IMG/VR virus record: IMGVR_UViG_3300025372_000004
Span: 1 to 44,801 of that record
Length of the DNA stretch: 44,801 nt
Source: a virus
Lineage: Duplodnaviria; Caudoviricetes
Strand: one strand, 5' to 3'
This document shows positions 36,635 to 44,801 of the stretch, piece after piece. The position numbers and the translations under genes were made by a program. Positions within the stretch are counted from its first letter, which is position 1; each line of letters begins with the position of its first letter. The notes below the pieces were generated by a model. The model saw nothing but the letters and a program-made list of their open reading frames with translations, was not told the origin of the DNA and did not search any database.

Positions 36635-36667
36635 AAAATAAAAAAGTAGAGGGTTGCAGCCCCCTAC
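36635..36667 (-). terminator. Intrinsic terminator on the minus strand
   Basis: GTAGGGGG-CTGCAA-CCCTCTAC-TTTTTTATTTT; one pair is valid (G.U) only on the minus strand. Confidence 0.7.
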
Positions 36668-37150
36668 CATTTTTAACGATCCCTACAAGTGTTTCGAAAA
36701 GAGGGATATTAGTTTTAGGGCTAAACTTACCAATTTAGTAAGACCTTCAACGTAAACTAAAAACGCTGAAGGTTTTTCTCTTTTGTTCATCTTTCAAACC
36801 TGGGTTGTTTAATACCCATTGCCTTCGATTTTTTATCCCCCCAAAATTATTAACCAAAGGCTGGTTGTGATATATACCTTATAGCCCGTAAAGTACAAGC
36901 CTGCAAACTTAGTTACAAAGATAACGTATCAAAGTATATAAAACCGGCATGTGGATGCAATAGTCAGCATTTACACTGACAATTATGTTGAACGTGTGGA
37001 TAAGTCGGTTGATTAAAGTATAGTTCTACTTAACAATAATGCACTTGTAATATGTTATCAGGAATTCTATTGAGGGTTCTGCCCCATTCATTAAACAGCC
37101 CACGCTTCAGATAGTTGAAGATTTTGTTGCCATAATTGCCGTTATTGTTA

Positions 37151-37192
37151 AGTACTCGGTTAGTAAAAGAAAAATTTACTAACCTCGGTACT
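37151..37192. terminator. Large hairpin after the last late gene
   Basis: GGTTAGTAAA/TTTACTAACC core with outer AGTAC/GTACT; no clear U tract. Confidence 0.4.
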
Positions 37193-37235
37193 CAAGCCTT
37201 CGGTAACATAACGCTAAATTATAGAACAAGAGTAA

Positions 37236-37472
37236 TCATTTTTCTCGTTTCTTTTTCACTTCTGTAAAATCGGGTAGGTCTGATAATCTTTGCAGGGATA
37301 TTCTAAGTATTTTGAGGGCGTTATCTTCGATGTTATTATAGTCATTGACCATTGGGCTTGGTAATCCCATATCCTTATCTTCTTTCAGCACAGCAAGACC
37401 CGTTAAAATGCCCATAGCAAATTCAGCATAATAACAATAGTCATCAACTTGTATTGGGTCTAATTCTGCCAT
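37236..37472 (-). CDS. Hypothetical protein
   Basis: Last ORF of the late operon. Confidence 0.6.
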   Translation of the reverse strand: MAELDPIQVDDYCYYAEFAMGILTGLAVLKEDKDMGLPSPMVNDYNNIEDNALKILRISLQRLSDLPDFTEVKKKREK

Positions 37473-37482
37473 AATATTAAGG

Positions 37483-37617
37483 TTATAACCTTAGTTTTGA
37501 ATCCCGTAAACGTTCACGTATTATCCTGTCCACTATCTCAATCTTTTTAAGGAGTTTTTTTTTATACTCCATGAGTTTGGCTATATCCATCTGTTCTAAT
37601 AGTTGCGTCTCGGTCAT
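37483..37617 (-). CDS. Small coiled-coil protein (44 aa)
   Basis: Hand translation MTETQLLEQMDIAKLMEYKKKLLKKIEIVDRIIRERLRDSKLRL*. Confidence 0.55.
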   Translation of the reverse strand: MTETQLLEQMDIAKLMEYKKKLLKKIEIVDRIIRERLRDSKLRL

Positions 37618-37619
37618 AA

Positions 37620-38759
37620 TTAAAAAATATGTGTAAACCTTGCAATTCTGCCAAATTCTTTATTGTGAATAAAACTCTCAATAGTCTTTGGGGCATGTTG
37701 GTAGCCATTACGGTGATGCCAACTATCTGTGCCGCTTGCGCTACCCATTGATTCTACATTTACGCTCATAAAGTCTTTTGATCGCTTATGGTGTATGTGG
37801 CACTCATACCAATACCTATAAATACACTCATGCCAATATAAAGATGCTTCGTGAGCCATTAGTGCGCCCAAATCGGTGGTCTTTGCCCCATCCCCATGTG
37901 TAGAGCCTATTAGGTTTTTGCCGTAGTTAAAATATTTTCTGTGAGATGGGCTTACGTCAAATGTTATATGTGGGCAAGCATGGAACCACGCTTTTAAGGT
38001 TTGCGCCAAAAAGAATCCAGTAGTATAATCGTGGTTTGATGGGTTAAAATGTATATGAATTGGCGAAGTGGGGATTATCATTTCTATAACATCTCGCATC
38101 AATCTTACTGCCGTATTGAACGCATCATACCACATCAAATGACTATCCTGAAATGTATTTGCAGTAGTTGAGCTTTTAGCATTATCTACGTGCAATATAT
38201 CATTTCCGAGTACTAATAAAGTCTTATCGAATTTGTAACCACTTGCTTTACTCAATACGCTTTCTACTCCCGATATTACCCTATCTACGGCTATTTGTGC
38301 ATTATATTCATCTCCAGTTTCGTAAGCAGAGGCCAATTTGCCTATATGAATGTCTGCGGGGTTTATGACCTGCAAAAATGATTCTTTAGGTTTGGCGTAT
38401 TTTATCTTTGCGTATTTAGGTGCATACTCCCGTATCTCTTTGAGAATATCCCCCATCACATCCTCAATACCTATTTTCTTATCCTTTACGAATATGGAGA
38501 AGTTCTCACCCTTATACCAATAATGGTTAACGTCTTGTATGGGTATTCCTGCCGTATTACATTCTTCGGCTAAAGCGGGGTGATTTTCGGCATATTTTAA
38601 TGTGGTTTGCCTAACCTTTACGTAGTTCCTGATACCTTCAATAGTTTCAGAAAGGGCGTATTTAGCTTTAATTGTTTGAGATATTTCAAGCGGCATTTTA
38701 CCACTATTCAACATCGCATCTATTTCTGCTTTGTAAAGGTCATATTTACTTGTACCCAT
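37620..38759 (-). CDS. Calcineurin-like metallophosphoesterase with N-terminal helical domain
   Basis: DIHIG, GNDILH.D, SNHD, HGD and HIHH metal-binding motifs. Confidence 0.85.
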   Translation of the reverse strand: MGTSKYDLYKAEIDAMLNSGKMPLEISQTIKAKYALSETIEGIRNYVKVRQTTLKYAENHPALAEECNTAGIPIQDVNHYWYKGENFSIFVKDKKIGIEDVMGDILKEIREYAPKYAKIKYAKPKESFLQVINPADIHIGKLASAYETGDEYNAQIAVDRVISGVESVLSKASGYKFDKTLLVLGNDILHVDNAKSSTTANTFQDSHLMWYDAFNTAVRLMRDVIEMIIPTSPIHIHFNPSNHDYTTGFFLAQTLKAWFHACPHITFDVSPSHRKYFNYGKNLIGSTHGDGAKTTDLGALMAHEASLYWHECIYRYWYECHIHHKRSKDFMSVNVESMGSASGTDSWHHRNGYQHAPKTIESFIHNKEFGRIARFTHIF

Positions 38760-39289
38760 TAAAAACTATTTATACGGGATAACCACCCGTTAAAAAATAC
38801 TTTCTGACTTGGATTGCGTTGAACTATACCCTTCACAAAATCAATACGGGCATACTTCAGCTTTACACATAATATATTTTCGTCAGTCCTGTTAATTGCT
38901 GCAAGGGTATTCGCCCCCATTACCCCGTCAGGTGTTGCATCTACACACTTCTGTATGGCTTCGGTAGCATGATAACCGCTATTTACAAACCAATCAAAAT
39001 AAGATATTGCGACCTTATCCGATGTGATGTTATCCCCCTGTATTTTATCCCAGTATTGCGTCTTGTAATAACTTTCAACAAGACCGTTTAGGATATAGTC
39101 GTCAATAATTTGACCTTCTTTTAAGGCGTTATTTGCTTTATACCCGTCAATGGCTTTCCAACCCATCCAGTTAGGGTTATTCTTACGGGAAATGCCGCAA
39201 TATGTTTCACCGCCTTTATCTTTCAGGTTATTAACATACCCACCCTCATTCTTTAATACAACCGCTAATGCTTTTTTAAAGTCTGCCAT
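38759..39289 (-). CDS. Endolysin (GH108 lysozyme plus PG-binding domain)
   Basis: EGGYVN...D.GGETYCGI, DG.MG..TL.AIN, F..GWL.RI. Confidence 0.93.
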   Translation of the reverse strand: MADFKKALAVVLKNEGGYVNNLKDKGGETYCGISRKNNPNWMGWKAIDGYKANNALKEGQIIDDYILNGLVESYYKTQYWDKIQGDNITSDKVAISYFDWFVNSGYHATEAIQKCVDATPDGVMGANTLAAINRTDENILCVKLKYARIDFVKGIVQRNPSQKVFFNGWLSRINSF

Positions 39290-39337
39290 GTTGATTTATT
39301 TTGTTCACGTTTCGTGAACTTTTTAAAATAGTGAACG

Positions 39338-39469
39338 CTATTCCCTATCCTTATGTGTTTTCTTATACTTCTTGATTTCCTTACGTTGCTGATATTCATT
39401 CCAAATTGAGCATACAGCCCAAGTCAGTAATATTCCTACCAATGTGCATACGTAAGCTATCCCGAACAT
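39338..39469 (-). CDS. Small single-TM protein (43 aa)
   Basis: Hand translation MFGIAYVCTLVGILLTWAVCSIWNEYQQRKEIKK... Confidence 0.55.
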   Translation of the reverse strand: MFGIAYVCTLVGILLTWAVCSIWNEYQQRKEIKKYKKTHKDRE

Positions 39470-39994
39470 TTACAATAGTTTTTTAACGATAAAAAATAGT
39501 ATCGCAATAACAAAAAGTGCAACAAGGTCGTTTCCAACCATGAGCATAAAAGAGTGAGTATAAGCATACTTTACAGGGTTTTTATTTACTTCTGCTAAGT
39601 TGTTATTGGCTGTGTTCAGTTGATATTTAAGGGCTGTTACCAATTTGGTATCAAGTATTGTATCTGTTACCTTAACGCTATCTCTGATGATTACAGTCTT
39701 ACTATCAGGGCAATGAACGGGAACGGCTTTATAGTTTATTAGGTCGCCCATGATGCCTTTGTAGTATTCAAGGCTATCGCAGTTCACATACTCGGTCTGT
39801 CCTTGCTGTAATACATAGCTTGTATCGTGTGTAACCTCTACATGTTTACCTTCAACTTTGAGAGGAAAATGCATAGCGCAAAATATAGCTGCTTTGTCGG
39901 GATTCTTATTCGCCCACTTGCTTACGGATTTTGTTGTTACGCAACCCGTAAGGCAAATGAGAGAAAGAACTATTATACTATGCCACTTTCGCAT
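39470..39994 (-). CDS. Unimolecular spanin candidate
   Basis: Lipobox LTG|C plus C-terminal TM (LVALFVIAILFFIVKKLL); in the lysis cassette. Confidence 0.7.
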   Translation of the reverse strand: MRKWHSIIVLSLICLTGCVTTKSVSKWANKNPDKAAIFCAMHFPLKVEGKHVEVTHDTSYVLQQGQTEYVNCDSLEYYKGIMGDLINYKAVPVHCPDSKTVIIRDSVKVTDTILDTKLVTALKYQLNTANNNLAEVNKNPVKYAYTHSFMLMVGNDLVALFVIAILFFIVKKLL

Positions 39995-40373
39995 GGTCGT
40001 AAGCTGTTTGGCAAGCGTGGATATAATCGCTAAGGCTTATTTTCTTATCGTGGTAAGCCTGTGCAACTTTAGCGGCCAATAGAAGCAATGCACCCTTTTG
40101 AACATCACCACCAACAGCTACTTTTTGCAAGTCAGGCAATACCGCTTCAATAGCACCTATTGCCAACTCTCTTGCGGCCTCGGCATGTACGTTAGGAAAC
40201 GCCACATCAATAATGCTGGCTACTGTTATAGCAGTTCCGCTTTGTAACCCTTTCTCGATGGCTGCCGTTACCTTGACTGCTCCGCTTGATACGCTTTGCA
40301 GTTCGGCTGGCAGGTTATGAAATGCTGCTTTGATTGCAGTAATATCGTGTTCTACTGTTGTTTTAAATGACAT
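39978..40373 (-). CDS. Hypothetical Ala-rich helical protein
   Basis: ORF in the lysis region. Confidence 0.65.
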   Translation of the reverse strand: MSFKTTVEHDITAIKAAFHNLPAELQSVSSGAVKVTAAIEKGLQSGTAITVASIIDVAFPNVHAEAARELAIGAIEAVLPDLQKVAVGGDVQKGALLLLAAKVAQAYHDKKISLSDYIHACQTAYDHAKVA

Positions 40374-40397
40374 ATTATGTTTTTTACGGTTTATGAA

Positions 40398-40691
40398 TTA
40401 TAAATTTGTGTTATCAGGTTGTGTTGGTGCTGGGTTTTCTGTTACTGTTGTAGTATTCGCTTGTGTCGTAGTCGTTCCCGTTGGTGCATCATCTTTCTTT
40501 TTGCTGTCAGGGCTGAAATATTTACCCATTACACTATTAACCAAACTACCTTCAAAAAAGGCTATCAGCACGTCTATTCTGTGTTGGTTTGCCGCTGGTA
40601 GGTTGCAAAATGAGGAGATAAAAAAGTATATGACCGCTACGGAAATCATCCCTACTGCGAGCCAAAAAACATTTACGTCTTGATTTTTCAT
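40398..40691 (-). CDS. Holin candidate (2 TM)
   Basis: Two hydrophobic segments then YFSPDSKKKD. Confidence 0.65.
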   Translation of the reverse strand: MKNQDVNVFWLAVGMISVAVIYFFISSFCNLPAANQHRIDVLIAFFEGSLVNSVMGKYFSPDSKKKDDAPTGTTTTQANTTTVTENPAPTQPDNTNL

Positions 40692-40698
40692 ATTTATA

Positions 40699-41286
40699 TC
40701 AGTTTTTAAGTTTAATATCAGTTACGGGGTGTATCTCCCAGCAAGTGCTGCGCCAATTATTCGTTCCAATCGGCTCATCGGCTGTGCTGTTTTGTTTATG
40801 TTCTTCGTCATTGAATAGATAACCGGTTATCGTTACCCATTTATGCAAGTATGCTTTCTTGATTGCTCCCGTTGTCCAGTCTATGCCTTTTGCTGCCATT
40901 ATAGCCCTGATACGGGGCGTTATCTCAACTACTACACCTTCACCCCTGCCATGTGCTTTATCGTCAATCATAAGGACTATATGCGTATCCCAGATCGTTT
41001 TATCTTTAGTATGGCAGTTACACGTTTCATCTTCGCCAAATTTCACCTCAACTACATAACCCGATACGGTTACTGCCCCACTTGCTTTATCCGTTACTTT
41101 CATTTTTGCCATGTCAGCAAATTGAATAGGCTTGTATGTTGTTGGTATCGTGTATCTATTCTTTAAACTATCTAAATGAGCTGTCCTACCTACTTTATCG
41201 CCCATAATCGGGCAACCTTTATATACGTCTTGGCATTGGACAGAATTTGTCCAAAACAAAAAGCATATTAGTAGTAGGTTTTTCAT
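40699..41286 (-). CDS. Secreted protein with DTHI...EITPR...WEIHPV motifs
   Basis: Signal peptide ending VQC|Q; conserved-looking His/Asp/Glu residues. Confidence 0.7.
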   Translation of the reverse strand: MKNLLLICFLFWTNSVQCQDVYKGCPIMGDKVGRTAHLDSLKNRYTIPTTYKPIQFADMAKMKVTDKASGAVTVSGYVVEVKFGEDETCNCHTKDKTIWDTHIVLMIDDKAHGRGEGVVVEITPRIRAIMAAKGIDWTTGAIKKAYLHKWVTITGYLFNDEEHKQNSTADEPIGTNNWRSTCWEIHPVTDIKLKN

Positions 41287-41573
41287 AAAGTATCTATGAT
41301 TGTATATACGTTTCCGTTTCTATCAGCTACTAAATGACCTTTACTACCACCTGAACCTCCTGACAATCCCAATGGGCAATCCCAAATTATCAATTTGGAA
41401 GTGTCGCCATAATGTTGCCCCCATTCAATAGCATCAATCTGATTTGGGTAAGTGCTACATGGTTTTGACAAATAAACAGTATCGTGTATTGGAACGCCGA
41501 TAGATACCGTTGTCTTATACTGTATAGTACAAGATGCCATAAGTAGCGTTAAGGCAAATAATATCTTTCTCAT
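41283..41573 (-). CDS. Small lipoprotein
   Basis: Lipobox MAS|C. Confidence 0.65.
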   Translation of the reverse strand: MRKILFALTLLMASCTIQYKTTVSIGVPIHDTVYLSKPCSTYPNQIDAIEWGQHYGDTSKLIIWDCPLGLSGGSGGSKGHLVADRNGNVYTIIDTL

Positions 41574-41776
41574 TTCTTACGTTTTTTAAATATCGCTGAT
41601 AGAGAAGTAGTAGGGAAGAATAGCCGTTTAATGTAGTATAGTATGCTAAGGGTAAGACCTACCGCTGTTGCCCAATTACTATATAGGTCAAGGGTCATAG
41701 TGCTGAAATAGGCGCATATAACTGTTAATATGGCCGCTCCAAATGTTGGCTTGTCGTTGGCGTTATTAAATTCCAT
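41570..41776 (-). CDS. Small 2-TM holin-like protein
   Basis: Two TM segments, basic C-terminus. Confidence 0.6.
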   Translation of the reverse strand: MEFNNANDKPTFGAAILTVICAYFSTMTLDLYSNWATAVGLTLSILYYIKRLFFPTTSLSAIFKKRKK

Positions 41777-41841
41777 TGGTCATTTAGTGCAAAAGGTTAT
41801 TAATATCTTTTTCAATTCGTAGTGTGTCAGTGTTTTGTTTT

Positions 41842-42120
41842 TCATCTTGTCTTGGTTGTTGTGGTAGTAGTCGTTTGGTCTTGGTATGGTTTAGGCATTT
41901 TATACACTGTCGTTTCTAGCCTGTTTATACGCTCCTCATGCTTATCTATTCGTTCATCACTTCTGTGAATAGAGTTCACTACATCGTCCTTCATCTCTGT
42001 AACAAGCACTATTATTTTTACAGATGTTATAAGAAAAAGCAGTGCGGGTATTCCATATTTGATAAGGTTTACTGGCTTTCTGAAGAAGGACCACATTTCT
42101 TCTTTGTCTTGATAGGTCAC
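41842..42120 (-). CDS. Single-TM coiled-coil protein
   Basis: TM then RIDKHEERINRLE. Confidence 0.6.
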   Translation of the reverse strand: MTYQDKEEMWSFFRKPVNLIKYGIPALLFLITSVKIIVLVTEMKDDVVNSIHRSDERIDKHEERINRLETTVYKMPKPYQDQTTTTTTTKTR

Positions 42121-42125
42121 TGCCT

Positions 42126-42458
42126 TTACTTTTCTTTAAATCCTAAATTAAGAGCAATCCATTCAGCGGGTGTAGTTGTTCCTTGTCCTTTTATCCAAGC
42201 GGTATAGAAGGACAACGGGTATCCTAAAGCACCGCTATTATCCGGCACACTGCCGCTATGTATTACGGTATAGTTGCGGCCTAATAGAGTATAGCAAAGT
42301 TTTATTGTGCTGTCGTCAGAGAAGCCATCTTGCAAAGCAGTAACTCCTGTGATAGTATCTCTGCCTACTTGGTTTGGTACTATATCTATTGTGTCTCTCT
42401 TTTGGCCCTTACAATTGAAGCTGACTACGAGGGCAGCGACTAATATTATTTTTTTCAT
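42126..42458 (-). CDS. Secreted protein downstream of the fibre (candidate fibre chaperone)
   Basis: Start MKKIILVAALVVSFNCKG|Q at 42458; C-terminal WIA.NLG. Confidence 0.7.
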   Translation of the reverse strand: MKKIILVAALVVSFNCKGQKRDTIDIVPNQVGRDTITGVTALQDGFSDDSTIKLCYTLLGRNYTVIHSGSVPDNSGALGYPLSFYTAWIKGQGTTTPAEWIALNLGFKEK

Positions 42459-42469
42459 TTTTATTGATT

Positions 42470-44801
42470 TTAGAATGTTGACAATGCCGATCTTTTCCAA
42501 CCTGAAGCTGTTTTAACATACACATAGTTGCTATCCCAACAAACGTCTCCCGTATTTCCATTTGCATCTGCACTCGATGTGGGTGTGTATGTATTTCTTA
42601 ACCTCAATTGATCGTATGAGTGTGAACCCGTAGTACCATCTATATCTATAGTTCCACTGGTATATTGATCGCCCTTGGAATCAACATAGTATACGCTTGT
42701 ATGGCTTCTCCTATAATCGCAAAACCTATGATATTGACTATTAGGGTCATACTCATGTACAATATTGAAGTCAGCCATAAATGCCGTCAAATTTTGTGGC
42801 GAATTCGTACCATTCGGTGAAGTAGTGTCCAAGTTTGGAGTGAAAGCATATCCATTTAACGGGTAAGTAAAAGGATTATAAATAGCACCTTCACGATAAG
42901 TAAAAGGAGCAACAGAGTAATATGCATTACTATTCCATAATTGACCACCTCCAAAATCCACATTATCAGAAGTTGTTCCTGAAGTCTTAGGATATATAGA
43001 CATAGAACCTTGACCGGAAAAAGCACCAAAATATACTAAGCTATTTATACAAGCTTCTTGCACACCGGGAAACGTAAGCTTGTTACCTGAATAGTTATTA
43101 TCAATAAGCCCTGTGATACCATTCAATTTTACATTACCTGTAACTGTCAAGCCATTTGAATTAAATTCACCCCTTTGAGTTGAAGAAACTGAAAAATCTA
43201 CGTTGCCGCTTGATGAATACATCCCCGATTGAACACCCTGATTAAATGAATATATTGGGGCCGAAGCTAATCCCACATTTGACGGCTTTATCTGAAAACC
43301 TGAATAGTTAGAATTTATACCGCCACTTGATAGAATGATTTGACCTGCACTACTAATCATTTTTATACCATCAGACCCCGTATTCCTTTGAATCGTTGTG
43401 GCGATATAGTTGCCTCCCGTAAAATAGATATAAGGACTTTGCGCATCGGTGTTATTTTCCGCGTTCAGCCAGATATAATTTTGTGCTGAAGCATTACCCC
43501 CAAAATAAGAATAGCCCTTTGTGGTGTCATTTCCGTGTAAGATTGCATTGGTGGTACTATACCCGGCTGTAGTTACCTGGTTAAAAGTTGGAATGCTGCT
43601 CAGGTAGGTAGTATTATCAAAGGCCCATGCAGAACCCGTGTATTTCAAATTACCCGCAGAAAGGCTTGGTAACGATGCACCCTTTAAACCTGTTATTGTG
43701 AAAGATGGACTAATAGAGGTTGTTCCACTTGCAGTAGCAGAAGCATCGCCTGAAGCTGTAAAAGTTATATTTTGATTAGCTGTTAGGTAGTTTTTGTTGT
43801 TCATCTGAGCAGGTGTAACATACTTTACAGTGCTATCAGTGTATTTTATATCGCTTGCCTGACTTGTATTTTGGCTTGCCTGTGTTATATATTTGGTGCT
43901 ATCTACTTGCAAAGTACCCGTAGTAGTAATAGTGCCACCCAACAAACCCTGTCCTGTTGCCACGCTTGTTACAGCCGTTGTTAGGTAGCCTTTACCATTC
44001 ACCCAAGAACGGGTTGCATCCCAAGTAGAAGTATCTGTGTTGTTCTGTTTTGCCGCTAATGAGGTGTTTTGTGATGCTTGGGTGATATACTTCGTACTGT
44101 CAACTTGTAGCGTGCCTGTCGATACGATTGTTCCACCTATAAGACCCTGACCCGTTGCAACTGATGTGACTGTTCCACCACTACTACTATCTAAAAAGCC
44201 AAAGTGTTTAGATCCGTTTGTCCAATAGAACACCGTATCATTACCCAACTTACGAGTAACACTATCAGCCTTTAAGTTTATTCTATTACTCGTACCAACC
44301 GTATCTGTATATTTCTCGTAAGCTGATAACGTAGTATTAAGCTGGCTGGGAGTTTCGTATTTGGTTGTACTATCTGTGTAGTTAACTTTGGCAGCAAGCC
44401 GAGTATTTGCGGTGCTTGCAGAAAAGAACCATGCAAGCGAAGTATCCGAATAATTTATCTTAGCATTTATCCTGTTTGAAGTTCCTACAGTATCGGTGTA
44501 CTTCTCATAGTTTGCCAATTTTGTATTAGTATTAGCGGCAGTATTAAACCACCCACTTGATGTATCAGTATATTTAACGTCTAAACCTTGCGCTGTGTTC
44601 AAATTAGCCTTAGTGGCATCATAGGTAGCTGTATCATTGTATCGCTGCCCATTTGCGGTATAAATAGGATCTGTTTCTGTATAGCTGCTTATATATCCTT
44701 TCGGATTAGATTTATAAGGATAATATGTCAAGCTATCAGAACGTTTTAGATAATTAACACTATCTGCGTGCCAGTAAGGGTCTGTTTCGGTGAATGATGT
44801 T
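42470..44801 (-). CDS. 3' part of the ~995-aa tail-fibre-like protein
   Basis: S/T/G-rich with VTSVATGQGL.GGTI..TGTL repeats and C-terminal P.SS...G..GDVCWDSNYVYVKT..GWKR.AL.TF motif; open to the window end. Confidence 0.85.
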   Translation of the reverse strand, partial: TSFTETDPYWHADSVNYLKRSDSLTYYPYKSNPKGYISSYTETDPIYTANGQRYNDTATYDATKANLNTAQGLDVKYTDTSSGWFNTAANTNTKLANYEKYTDTVGTSNRINAKINYSDTSLAWFFSASTANTRLAAKVNYTDSTTKYETPSQLNTTLSAYEKYTDTVGTSNRINLKADSVTRKLGNDTVFYWTNGSKHFGFLDSSSGGTVTSVATGQGLIGGTIVSTGTLQVDSTKYITQASQNTSLAAKQNNTDTSTWDATRSWVNGKGYLTTAVTSVATGQGLLGGTITTTGTLQVDSTKYITQASQNTSQASDIKYTDSTVKYVTPAQMNNKNYLTANQNITFTASGDASATASGTTSISPSFTITGLKGASLPSLSAGNLKYTGSAWAFDNTTYLSSIPTFNQVTTAGYSTTNAILHGNDTTKGYSYFGGNASAQNYIWLNAENNTDAQSPYIYFTGGNYIATTIQRNTGSDGIKMISSAGQIILSSGGINSNYSGFQIKPSNVGLASAPIYSFNQGVQSGMYSSSGNVDFSVSSTQRGEFNSNGLTVTGNVKLNGITGLIDNNYSGNKLTFPGVQEACINSLVYFGAFSGQGSMSIYPKTSGTTSDNVDFGGGQLWNSNAYYSVAPFTYREGAIYNPFTYPLNGYAFTPNLDTTSPNGTNSPQNLTAFMADFNIVHEYDPNSQYHRFCDYRRSHTSVYYVDSKGDQYTSGTIDIDGTTGSHSYDQLRLRNTYTPTSSADANGNTGDVCWDSNYVYVKTASGWKRSALSTF
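44760..44801. repeat. Terminal direct repeat, right copy
   Basis: Identical to 1-42. Confidence 0.95.

Noticed and set aside
37031-37150. DGR template repeat (AAC-rich minus frame NNNGNYGNK...)
   Set aside because: No matching variable repeat found in any ORF, including 11656..12033, and no reverse transcriptase in the genome

Overview
The window is a complete, circularly assembled temperate phage genome of about 44.76 kb: bases 1-42 are identical to 44760-44801 and one ORF reads in frame across the junction. The host is inferred to be Bacteroidota, from TTTG-N19-21-TAnnTTTG promoters, signal peptides followed by Gln, and D-S/T sequons. Nearly all genes are on the minus strand. They run from a Cro-like gene through recombination and replication genes (Sak/Rad52-like, YqaJ, SSB, DUF4373 initiator, DnaB, VRR-NUC), TerS/TerL, Mu-like neck and portal genes, baseplate, ClpP protease-scaffold, major capsid protein, contractile tail and fibre to lysis. 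The plus strand carries a CI-like repressor, a secreted protein, an intact attP matching a tRNA 3' end (Leu-like), a tyrosine integrase and two small morons. The most striking feature is that the ~995-aa tail-fibre-like protein, its downstream partner and the protein next to the major capsid gene all have Sec signal peptides and carry the Bacteroidota O-glycosylation sequon D-(S/T)-(A/I/L/V/M/T), densely so in the fibre. This suggests virion parts are exported, glycosylated by the host in the periplasm and added at lysis (hypothesis). Other points: a covarying boxB-like hairpin in two late leaders, an ORF-poor structured kilobase after the integrase, carbohydrate-binding-like inserts in neck and baseplate proteins, an orphan DGR-target-like gene, and several early genes broken by in-frame stops. 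All family calls come from motif recognition and synteny, not database searches.
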